Virus record (IMG/VR): IMGVR_UViG_3300021197_001596
Span: 1,535 to 65,534 of that record
DNA length: 64,000 bases
Direction: 5' to 3' (one strand)
DNA from: a virus
Lineage: Duplodnaviria; Caudoviricetes
The stretch's first letter is position 1, and each line of letters opens with the position of its first letter. A model generated the notes under the pieces. It was not told the DNA's origin, searched no databases, and worked only from the letters and a program-made list of their open reading frames with translations. Of the stretch, positions 57,231 to 64,000 are shown piece after piece. The position numbers and the translations under genes were made by a program.

Positions 57231-57496
57231 AAAGTAAAAACAAAAACACGTGGATGCCTTTTTATCATCCAACACCAGAAGAATATGAGGCAAGCCAATT
57301 TTGTATTAAAAATAATTTTAGGATTTCCCCCCTAGGCATTAACGGTGAACCCAATAAATGGAAAATAGGAATTAATGTAGGGCCATATAAAAAAGGTGAA
57401 AAGCCTAATATAGCCCCACACACATATGATAAAAACACGATTTGGGTAGAATATTATAAATTTTGTAAATATTATTATGATAAATATAGAAGATGA
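57215..57496 (+). CDS. Hypothetical protein (93 aa)
   Basis: ORF track; overlaps both neighbours. Confidence 0.6.
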   Translation: MGSGLKSKNKNTWMPFYHPTPEEYEASQFCIKNNFRISPLGINGEPNKWKIGINVGPYKKGEKPNIAPHTYDKNTIWVEYYKFCKYYYDKYRR

Positions 57497-58301
57497 ATAC
57501 AGAGGATTATTATCAGGAGTACTCCATGGCGGAGCTAAAAAACCAGATAGAACAGGCACAGGGACGTGCGCTGTCTTCGGAAGAATGCTTAAGCATGATA
57601 TGGCATTGGGATTTCCGATATTAACTAGTAAAAAAATATATTTTGATAAAGCCGTCACAGAATTATTATGGATACTATCCGGTAAAACTGATCTTGCTTA
57701 TTTGCATTCCAACAATGTTAGATATTGGGATGATGATTATAATAGATCAGGTAGAACCGATGGCACACTGGGTCCCGTATATGGCAAGCAGTGGCGTAAT
57801 TTCGGTGGGGTTGATCAGTTATATGAGCTTCTTAGAGAAATTAAACAAAATCCAACCTCACGTAGAATTCTTATTAATGCGTGGAATCCTGCTGAGCTTA
57901 TGGATATGGTACTTCCTCCTTGCCATTACGGTTTTCAAGTCTATATCAATAATGGCGAGATGAGTTTAATGTGGCAACAAAGATCAGCCGATTTGTTTTT
58001 AGGTTTGCCATACGATATAGTTATGTACGGTTTATTATTAGAAATGCTTGCTGCTGGCAATGGATATAAACCGAAGCAGTTAATATGTAGTCTGGGTGAT
58101 TGTCATTTGTATAATAATCACGTCAATGCTGCTAAAATTCAGCTAGAAAGAACTACCTTTGAATTACCGCAACTAGAAATGTCCTTTGGGTTAACCCTTA
58201 GAGAAGGTGCTGGTAATTTTATTCATATTCCCACAAAGAATATGATTGAGTTAAATAATTATAAATATCACAAACCAATTAAAGCAAAATTATCGACATG
58301 A
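57477..58301 (+). CDS. thyA: Thymidylate synthase ThyA (274 aa)
   Basis: DRTGTGT, ELLW, LGPVYG.QWR, LPPCH, QRSADLFLGLP, GDCHLY.NH. Confidence 0.96.
   Translation: MINIEDEYRGLLSGVLHGGAKKPDRTGTGTCAVFGRMLKHDMALGFPILTSKKIYFDKAVTELLWILSGKTDLAYLHSNNVRYWDDDYNRSGRTDGTLGPVYGKQWRNFGGVDQLYELLREIKQNPTSRRILINAWNPAELMDMVLPPCHYGFQVYINNGEMSLMWQQRSADLFLGLPYDIVMYGLLLEMLAAGNGYKPKQLICSLGDCHLYNNHVNAAKIQLERTTFELPQLEMSFGLTLREGAGNFIHIPTKNMIELNNYKYHKPIKAKLST
57643..57963 (+). CDS. Candidate nested hydrophobic ORF in +1 frame of thyA (up to 106 aa)
   Basis: 106 stop-free codons; thyA prefers CTT here; start uncertain. Confidence 0.4.
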   Translation: MIKPSQNYYGYYPVKLILLICIPTMLDIGMMIIIDQVEPMAHWVPYMASSGVISVGLISYMSFLEKLNKIQPHVEFLLMRGILLSLWIWYFLLAITVFKSISIMAR

Positions 58302-58708
58302 GAAAATTAAATTTACTTTTACTATTTTTACCACTTTTTATTAATGCACAGTATAGAGGAGCTGTTAAGTTTCAAAATACCGTAAGATCTTATTACAATA
58401 TACAAGAGTTATCTACTAATAGACAACTTAAAAAAGAAGCTCAATCTTGGGCTAATTATATTGCTATTGAAGATGAGTTAATTTTATCTTCTGATATATA
58501 TGGAGAATCATTATATAGATTACCTAAAAATGATATAATGAATTCAAGAAATTATTATTTAGACGCGGCAGTAGCTTGGTTTGAAGCAAATAACACTCCT
58601 GAATACTATCAACAATTATGTTATAACTGCACCGAAGTTGGCTTTGGAATGGCTGAAAGCGATGAGTATATATATGTTGTAGCTAAATATGATAAAATTT
58701 ATGATTAA
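58298..58708 (+). CDS. Secreted CAP/SCP (PR-1-like) domain protein (136 aa)
   Basis: Signal peptide, then N.VR......L.....L...AQ.WA...GE.LY...A...W...Q.....TEVGFG.A.....YVVA.Y. Confidence 0.7.
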   Translation: MRKLNLLLLFLPLFINAQYRGAVKFQNTVRSYYNIQELSTNRQLKKEAQSWANYIAIEDELILSSDIYGESLYRLPKNDIMNSRNYYLDAAVAWFEANNTPEYYQQLCYNCTEVGFGMAESDEYIYVVAKYDKIYD

Positions 58709-59471
58709 AAAAAATTATTATATTTATCATATTCCTGATCAAAAAATTGGAATGACGTGTAATTTAAATAAACGCGTTGAATCTGAACAGGGATATAAAA
58801 AAGATGAATACGAAGTTTTATTTTCATCCAGGGATGTAGATAAAGCAGCCTTAATGGAAAGAAAATTGCAAAAGTTTTATGGATATAAAATTGATAGACA
58901 ATTATATACTAATTTAATAAAAATTAAATCAATGAAAGTTAATCCGACAGAGCAAACATCAACATTTGATTGTGAGCGACAAGACTTATTAAAAGTTTTA
59001 AATCAGAATGAAGGGTTTAAATGGAAAACAAGTCTTGGAGATTTTGAAATAAATGAAGAAACAAAAAAATGGATAATAGCAAATGCGAAACCATCTATGT
59101 ATAATAATGACCGCTGTTTTATCTATAATAAAGCCTATTATGAAGCTTTTTTATCAAAACCTACATATAACAAGGTTGAGATATTTGATCTCATTAGAAG
59201 CTGGGCAGATGAGCGTGGCATATATGACAAAGGTGATCCTAAAACACAATTAATTAAATTATATGAAGAAACAGGAGAACTTGCCAAAGCATTACTTGAA
59301 GATGATAAAGACGGTATTATTGACGCTATTGGTGATAGTGTTGTTGTTCTTACTAATCTCTCAAAATTGGTCGGATACGACGTTGAAAGCTGTATTCAGT
59401 CTGCTTATGATGAAATATCTAATAGAACTGGCAGAATGATAGATGGAACATTTGTAAAAGATACATTATGA
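58689..59471 (+). CDS. GIY-YIG-like domain fused to MazG-like nucleotide pyrophosphohydrolase (260 aa)
   Basis: N-terminal YYIYHI...KIGMT.NL.KR; C-terminal WADERG...KL.EETGELA...DAIGD..VVL. Confidence 0.75.
   Translation: MIKFMIKKNYYIYHIPDQKIGMTCNLNKRVESEQGYKKDEYEVLFSSRDVDKAALMERKLQKFYGYKIDRQLYTNLIKIKSMKVNPTEQTSTFDCERQDLLKVLNQNEGFKWKTSLGDFEINEETKKWIIANAKPSMYNNDRCFIYNKAYYEAFLSKPTYNKVEIFDLIRSWADERGIYDKGDPKTQLIKLYEETGELAKALLEDDKDGIIDAIGDSVVVLTNLSKLVGYDVESCIQSAYDEISNRTGRMIDGTFVKDTL
59263..59439 (+). CDS. Candidate nested membrane protein in +1 frame of the MazG domain (58 aa)
   Basis: MKKQENLPKHYLKMIKTVLLTLLVIVLLFLLISQNWSDTTLKAVFSLLMMKYLIELAE*; leader AATTAATTAAATTAT resembles those of bona fide genes here. 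Confidence 0.5.
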   Translation: MKKQENLPKHYLKMIKTVLLTLLVIVLLFLLISQNWSDTTLKAVFSLLMMKYLIELAE

Positions 59472-59695
59472 GAGATAAAATAATTGAACAAGTAATTAAT
59501 AAAATTAAATCACGATCTGATGTTGGCTTTAAAAAATATGGGGTTACTCTTGAAGATGATGATCAGTCTTTAGATACATGGCTTAAGCATATCCAAGAAG
59601 AATTAATGGATGCCGTTAACTATATTGAAAAAGCCCGCTCTGTATTACGTGAAGAAATTGAAGAGCTTTACATAAGAGATGCGAAGGAAGTATAA
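59468..59695 (+). CDS. Small all-alpha NTP-pyrophosphatase-like protein (75 aa)
   Basis: RS..G.KKYG.TL...WL.H.QEELMDA..Y. Confidence 0.6.
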   Translation: MRDKIIEQVINKIKSRSDVGFKKYGVTLEDDDQSLDTWLKHIQEELMDAVNYIEKARSVLREEIEELYIRDAKEV

Positions 59696-60128
59696 AAAGA
59701 AAAGGGGGCCGGTACAATCAAAAAAAATAACTTATGATGGAATTAATTTTGCATCAGGGTTAGAAAGATATATGTATATGGCCCTTAAAAAAGCAAAAAT
59801 AAAAGCAAAATACGAAGGAGAAACTTTTGTTCTTATAAATGGTTTTCATTTAGCAAATGAGTCTTATGAAAGACAAGCTAATGGAAAAGGAGATTTTATC
59901 AATAGAGGTGGTAAAAGAATATTGCCTATAAAATATACACCAGACTTTATAGGAGATGATTTTATTATTGAAACAAAAGGCAGAGCTAATGAATCTTTTC
60001 CAATTAGATGGAAATTATTTAAACGTTTAGTTTCTGAACAATTTCCTGATTATGTTTTATTTAAACCACAAAATCAAAAAGAATGCGACAGGGTAATAGA
60101 TATAATAAAGGAGACTCGAAGGAAGTAG
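59679..60128 (+). CDS. T7 endonuclease I-like resolvase (149 aa)
   Basis: FASGLE...YE...YTPDF...IIETKG. Confidence 0.8.
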   Translation: MRRKYKKKRGPVQSKKITYDGINFASGLERYMYMALKKAKIKAKYEGETFVLINGFHLANESYERQANGKGDFINRGGKRILPIKYTPDFIGDDFIIETKGRANESFPIRWKLFKRLVSEQFPDYVLFKPQNQKECDRVIDIIKETRRK

Positions 60129-60248
60129 CGAGAAAACATTACGCTAATCGTCAAATTGAAAAGTGGATTAAATGGACGATAGAAAGCAGGGGATATTTAA
60201 AATATAATGAATTAGTACAATTACATGAAGAGCACAATATAAAATGTT

Positions 60249-60383
60249 ATGGCTAAAATAGTATTATCAAATTATTTAAAAAAATCAAAAGTAAGAAGAC
60301 CAGGCGTCCATGCAAAAACTAAAACGTCTAAAATAAAATCTTCTAAAAATTATGTTAAACGTTATAAAGGACAAGGGAAATGA
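60249..60383 (+). CDS. Small basic protein (44 aa)
   Basis: MAKIVLSNYLKKSKVRRPGVHAKTKTSKIKSSKNYVKRYKGQGK*; preceded by a small ORF at 60083..60256. Confidence 0.6.
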   Translation: MAKIVLSNYLKKSKVRRPGVHAKTKTSKIKSSKNYVKRYKGQGK

Positions 60384-60523
60384 ATATACCTAATTGGAAT
60401 TTAAGTATAGGGTTATACCCAGGAATATTGATAGGATTAAGATCTTATCCGGAAAAAGAATATGTGCAACATGTGCTTTATCTACCTTTTGTAGATTTGT
60501 GCTTAGAAATAGAAAGAAAATAA
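60380..60523 (+). CDS. Small hypothetical protein (47 aa)
   Basis: MNIPNWNLSIGLYPGILIGLRSY...HVLYLPFVDLCLEIERK*; ATGA and TAATG coupling on both sides. Confidence 0.6.
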   Translation: MNIPNWNLSIGLYPGILIGLRSYPEKEYVQHVLYLPFVDLCLEIERK

Positions 60524-61491
60524 TGGGATTATTTGACAAAAGAATACCGTATAAACCATTTGAATACCCAGAATATTATAATGATGGATGGCTTAAACAA
60601 GCTCAAGCATTTTGGTTGCACACTGAGATACCTATGTCTGGTGATGTTAAAGATTGGAATGAAAAGCTTACAGCCTCAGAAAAAAACTTAGTTGGAAATA
60701 TACTTTTAGGTTTTGCACAAACAGAATGTGCGGTTTCTGACTATTGGACCCAAAAAGTTGTATCTTGGTTTCCAAAACACGAAATACAGCAAATGGCGAT
60801 GATGTTTGGTTCACAAGAAACCATACATGCAGTAGCATATAGTTATTTAAACGAAACTTTAGGCCTTGAAAACTTTGAAGCATTTTTACATGAGCCAGCA
60901 ACGGCTGATAGATTTGATAATCTCGTTACTTATAATGGTAGCGATCCCGTGGGTATTGGTAGATCATTGGCAATATTTAGCGCGTTCGCAGAAGGAGTTA
61001 GTCTCTATTCTGCTTTCGCTGTTCTTTATAGCTTCCAATTACGTAATTTACTCAAGGGTGTTGGGCAACAAATGAAGTGGTCAGTAAGAGATGAATCACT
61101 TCACAGTAGAATGGGTTGCCAACTATTCAGACATATGTGTGCTGAAAATAAAAACTTATTAGAAGAATGTAGAGAAGATGTTATTAAAGCAGCAGAAACC
61201 ATGCTTGAAGCAGAAGAAAGATATATTGACAAAATGTTCGAACAAGGAGACATTGAAAATCTTAAATCTAACGACCTCAAACAGTTTATTAGAAAGCGAC
61301 TTAATGAAAAATTATCCGAGCTTGGATACTTCGACCTCGGGCAATACTTTGCATATGACGAAAAGCGAGCAAGCAATTTGGACTGGTTTTATCATCTTAC
61401 CGGGGGGCATACTCATACTGATTTTTTTGCTGTTCGTCCGACCGATTATTCTAAAGCAAATGAAGGAGAAGATTTTGAAGATATATGGTAA
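60523..61491 (+). CDS. nrdB: Class I ribonucleotide reductase beta subunit
   Basis: YKPFEYP, FW...E, ETIH..AY, EG..L.S.F, RDESLH; start at ATG 60523 (TAATG overlap). Confidence 0.93.
   Translation: MGLFDKRIPYKPFEYPEYYNDGWLKQAQAFWLHTEIPMSGDVKDWNEKLTASEKNLVGNILLGFAQTECAVSDYWTQKVVSWFPKHEIQQMAMMFGSQETIHAVAYSYLNETLGLENFEAFLHEPATADRFDNLVTYNGSDPVGIGRSLAIFSAFAEGVSLYSAFAVLYSFQLRNLLKGVGQQMKWSVRDESLHSRMGCQLFRHMCAENKNLLEECREDVIKAAETMLEAEERYIDKMFEQGDIENLKSNDLKQFIRKRLNEKLSELGYFDLGQYFAYDEKRASNLDWFYHLTGGHTHTDFFAVRPTDYSKANEGEDFEDIW
60866..61075 (+). CDS. Candidate nested 2-TM protein in +1 frame of nrdB
   Basis: MSQQRLIDLIISLLIMVAIPWVLVDHWQYLARSQKELVSILLSLFFIASNYVIYSRVLGNK. Confidence 0.45.
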   Translation: MKTLKHFYMSQQRLIDLIISLLIMVAIPWVLVDHWQYLARSQKELVSILLSLFFIASNYVIYSRVLGNK

Positions 61492-61546
61492 AATTAAAAG
61501 CACTAGTAAAAGAAAGAAAGCTAAGCCCGTTAGAAAGATTATCTAA
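61178..61546 (+). CDS. Candidate nested single-TM protein in +1 frame of nrdB 3' end (up to 122 aa)
   Basis: 122 stop-free codons; AIWTGFIILPGGILILIFLLFVRP TM followed by a basic tail. Confidence 0.5.
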   Translation: MLLKQQKPCLKQKKDILTKCSNKETLKILNLTTSNSLLESDLMKNYPSLDTSTSGNTLHMTKSEQAIWTGFIILPGGILILIFLLFVRPIILKQMKEKILKIYGKIKSTSKRKKAKPVRKII

Positions 61547-61739
61547 TAGGCTTGGTTATATGGGAGCGGGATTTATAATGATTTCGCCTTATTTATTACC
61601 CGACTCAATTGGGGCTATAACATATGTAGCCGGAGGAATATTATCTTTACCACAAGTTTTTGTAGCAAAGCAGTGGAATTTAGTAATAGTAAACATAAAT
61701 GTAACCTTAGGGTATTTAATTTATTTATATAATGCATAA
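61485..61739 (+). CDS. Small three-TM membrane protein (84 aa)
   Basis: Three hydrophobic segments with LPQ and KQWNLV; lies between nrdB and nrdA. Confidence 0.65.
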   Translation: MVKLKALVKERKLSPLERLSNRLGYMGAGFIMISPYLLPDSIGAITYVAGGILSLPQVFVAKQWNLVIVNINVTLGYLIYLYNA

Positions 61740-61960
61740 TGAAAGAAAACAAACTAATAGAAATGTGGAAAAGAGTAGAGATACTCGGAGCGAACCAACA
61801 ACAAATAATACAGGAGATGCAAAATATGAAAGACCTCTTGATTGGGACGCTAGAGACCTTGAAGCGGATACCTGGCTACGAAAAAGCCCTAGGTCAACTC
61901 AAGGAAGATACACAAAAAGATTCTGGGAATAAAGAAAAAAAATTAGAGAATGTGGAATAA
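61739..61960 (+). CDS. Coiled-coil hypothetical protein (73 aa)
   Basis: TAATG coupling upstream; overlaps the nrdA start. Confidence 0.6.
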   Translation: MKENKLIEMWKRVEILGANQQQIIQEMQNMKDLLIGTLETLKRIPGYEKALGQLKEDTQKDSGNKEKKLENVE

Positions 61961-63692
61961 CGACTGGAAAAAAGGTGAAGACTACCCTGTATGGGGTGAC
62001 ACGGAAGTTTACAAAAAAACAATATCCGGAGGTTATTTATACAATGGCGAAACACCTAAGGAAGCATACATGCGTGTTGCAAAAACAGTTGCAAGACGTT
62101 TATATAAACCAGAAATGGCTGATAATTTTTTTCAGTACATATGGGATGGATGGTTATGTTTAGCGTCACCAGTATTATCTAATACAGGCACAGACAGGGG
62201 TTTACCTATAAGTTGTTTTGGAATTGATGTTGCTGATAGTATACAGGATATAGGACAAAAAAATTTAGAAATGATGCTCTTAGCCAAGCATGGAGGCGGT
62301 GTTGGCGTAGGAGTTAATATGATTAGACCCGCTGGAGCTAAAATTACAGGTAATGGAACATCTGATGGAGTGGTGCCGTTTTGCAAGATATACGATTCAA
62401 CTATACTCGCCACTAATCAAGGATCTGTCCGGCGAGGAGCTGCGTCAGTTAATATCAATATTGATCACTCCGACTTTGAAGAGTGGTTGGAGATACGAGA
62501 GCCGAAAGGAGACATTAATAGACAATCACTTAATCTCCACCAGTGCGCTGTGGTCGGTGACAAGTTTATGCGAAGACTTGAATCAGGAGATAAAGAGGCT
62601 AGAACAAAGTGGTCAAAACTTCTCCAAAAGCGTAAAGCAACTGGAGAGCCTTATATACTCTTTAAGGGAAATACAAACAAAGCTAACCCAAAAGCATATA
62701 AGCAAAACGGGCTCAAAGTTCATATGACAAACATATGTAGCGAAATAACATTACATACAGATGAATCACATTCTTTTGTTTGCTGTTTATCATCTGTTAA
62801 TTTAGATAAATACGACGAATGGAAGAATACGAATTTAATTTACGACGCAACTTGGTTCCTGGACGGTGTGCTAGAAGAATTTATCCAGAAGGCGAAGAAT
62901 ATGAAGGGATTCGAGAACTCTGTACGCAGTGCGGAGAAAGGGCGGGCACTTGGACTTGGTGTCCTTGGGTGGCACAGCCTACTCCAAAAAAACGGAATCG
63001 CTTTCGAAAGCTTGTTAGCGCAATTCAAAACGCGGGAAATATTTTCAAAAATAAAAATAGAAACTGAAAGAGCATCTAGGAATTTAGCCGAAGTCTATGG
63101 CGAACCTCTTTGGTGCGTTGGGACTGGCATGCGTAATACTCATTTACGAGCAACTGCTCCAACTGTTTCTAATAGCAAATTAAGCGGGAATGTTTCTGCG
63201 GGGATTGAACCCTGGGCTGCTAATGTATTTACTGAGCAGTCAGCTAAAGGTACATTTATACGTAAAAACAAGGAACTTAAAAAAGTATTAAGAAAAATTG
63301 GGATCGATAATAAAGAAACTTGGGATAAAATTTTGGAAGATGGTGGATCCGTTCAAGGAGTTAAACAACTTGATGGATGGTTTTACGATCACACAGGAAG
63401 ACTTAACCAAGAAGAAGGAGAATTAGTAAAAAATGTATTTAAAACATTTAAGGAGATAAATCAGTTGGAATTAGTTAATCAAGCCGGCATTAGACAAGAC
63501 TATATAGATCAATCTGTTAGTTTGAATTTGGCTTTTCCATCTGTAGCTACCCCCAAATGGATTAATAAAGTACACTTAGAAGCATGGAAGCGAGGTATTA
63601 AAACCTTATATTATATGCGTACTGAGTCTGTATTGAGAGGAGATATTGCCGCAGCAGCGATGGATCCTGATTGTTTAAGCTGCGATGGATAA
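61950..63692 (+). CDS. nrdA: Class I ribonucleotide reductase alpha subunit, compact, no ATP-cone (580 aa)
   Basis: SPVLSN, ISCF, GGGVG, QGSVRRGA, TNICSEI, LGLGVLG, APT.S.S, IDQS.S.N, KTLYY, C-terminal CLSC. Confidence 0.95.
   Translation: MWNNDWKKGEDYPVWGDTEVYKKTISGGYLYNGETPKEAYMRVAKTVARRLYKPEMADNFFQYIWDGWLCLASPVLSNTGTDRGLPISCFGIDVADSIQDIGQKNLEMMLLAKHGGGVGVGVNMIRPAGAKITGNGTSDGVVPFCKIYDSTILATNQGSVRRGAASVNINIDHSDFEEWLEIREPKGDINRQSLNLHQCAVVGDKFMRRLESGDKEARTKWSKLLQKRKATGEPYILFKGNTNKANPKAYKQNGLKVHMTNICSEITLHTDESHSFVCCLSSVNLDKYDEWKNTNLIYDATWFLDGVLEEFIQKAKNMKGFENSVRSAEKGRALGLGVLGWHSLLQKNGIAFESLLAQFKTREIFSKIKIETERASRNLAEVYGEPLWCVGTGMRNTHLRATAPTVSNSKLSGNVSAGIEPWAANVFTEQSAKGTFIRKNKELKKVLRKIGIDNKETWDKILEDGGSVQGVKQLDGWFYDHTGRLNQEEGELVKNVFKTFKEINQLELVNQAGIRQDYIDQSVSLNLAFPSVATPKWINKVHLEAWKRGIKTLYYMRTESVLRGDIAAAAMDPDCLSCDG
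62353..62727 (+). CDS. Candidate nested coiled-coil protein in +1 frame of nrdA (124 aa)
   Basis: 124 stop-free codons; heptads LCEDLNQEIKRLEQ...VKQLESLIYSLREIQTKL; nrdA avoids TTA in this span. Confidence 0.55.
   Translation: MEHLMEWCRFARYTIQLYSPLIKDLSGEELRQLISILITPTLKSGWRYESRKETLIDNHLISTSALWSVTSLCEDLNQEIKRLEQSGQNFSKSVKQLESLIYSLREIQTKLTQKHISKTGSKFI
62819..63067 (+). CDS. Candidate nested Cys-containing protein in +2 frame of nrdA (82 aa)
   Basis: Sharp rise in G/C-ending nrdA codons over this span; C...CTQC...C. Confidence 0.5.
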   Translation: MEEYEFNLRRNLVPGRCARRIYPEGEEYEGIRELCTQCGERAGTWTWCPWVAQPTPKKRNRFRKLVSAIQNAGNIFKNKNRN

Positions 63693-63707
63693 TTTAAAAT
63701 TTATATT

Positions 63708-63896
63708 ATGACTTTAAAAGAAAAAGTAAAAAAACTAGAAGTGGAATTAGAGAAAGCTAAAAAAGAAGCTAGCAATCTAATTTTAAATACAGAAGATAAT
63801 GTATTTACTAAAGATGAACTTAAAAAAATTAAGTTTTTAGAAGCTTGGGCAGTTATAGGCCCACTGCTTGGTATAGGAATAGGATTAATATTCTAA
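63708..63896 (+). CDS. Coiled-coil protein with C-terminal TM anchor (62 aa)
   Basis: ORF track; good leader; last gene before the terminator. Confidence 0.65.
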   Translation: MTLKEKVKKLEVELEKAKKEASNLILNTEDNVFTKDELKKIKFLEAWAVIGPLLGIGIGLIF

Positions 63897-63933
63897 AATA
63901 AAAAAGAGGCCGCAAAGCCCCTTATTTTTTTTT
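63897..63933. terminator. Probable bidirectional intrinsic terminator
   Basis: A-tract, AAGAGGC-CGCAAA-GCCCCTT stem (one mismatch), T-tract; lies between convergent genes. Confidence 0.65.
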
Positions 63934-64000
63934 ATTTATTCATCGATTTCTTTTCAGCTTCTCTATTATCAAAATTAAAAGCGGCTTTAAGAATAATTTT
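63932..64000 (-). CDS. 3' end of a convergent minus-strand gene entering from outside the window
   Basis: ...KIILKAAFNFDNREAEKKSMNK* ending at the terminator. Confidence 0.45.
   Translation of the reverse strand, partial: KIILKAAFNFDNREAEKKSMNK

Noticed and set aside
60394-60522. 43-aa N-terminal extension of NrdB in the ORF track
   Set aside because: The region is occupied by a coupled 47-aa gene (60380..60523); NrdB most likely starts at ATG 60523.
23037-63692. Introns or inteins in terL, helicase, thyA or nrdAB
   Set aside because: All have compact, uninterrupted lengths with no intein terminal motifs or homing endonuclease insertions.

Overview
This AT-rich window (roughly 30% GC by eye) looks like most of the genome of a tailed, podovirus-like dsDNA phage, probably infecting marine Bacteroidota/Flavobacteriia. 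The host guess rests on A/T-rich leaders without Shine-Dalgarno sequences and a crAss-like/flavobacterial-podovirus gene order. It uses standard code 11. The minus strand (1..46398) carries virion and late genes: a giant ejection-type protein running off the left edge, tail stabilization and ring proteins, major capsid protein, scaffold, portal, terminase, a LamG-rich adhesin, two S74-chaperoned fibres, holin/endolysin, and GroEL plus two GroES-like genes. The plus strand (46640..63900) carries small early genes, a structured ncRNA block, a DnaA-domain-IV protein, a sigma factor, and a replication/nucleotide module (ERF-like annealing protein, PD-(D/E)XK nuclease, SSB, primase-helicase, ThyA, MazG-like, endonuclease I-like, NrdB, NrdA). 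No DNA polymerase or integrase was recognised. The most notable signals are: (1) a sigma-70 region-2-like domain inside the giant virion protein, together with six fixed-spacing 33-bp early promoter-like motifs, suggesting a virion-delivered sigma factor; (2) a G_GGA_AAG slippery site plus H-type pseudoknot at codon 38-39 of that giant gene; (3) about a dozen same-strand, out-of-frame ORFs nested inside core genes, with local codon distortion; (4) a 76-nt RNA that looks like the tmRNA tRNA-like domain (G3-U70, no D-stem) without an mRNA domain; (5) two inverted 48-bp elements heading the late and replication operons. All protein calls are by-eye motif recognition; no searches were run.
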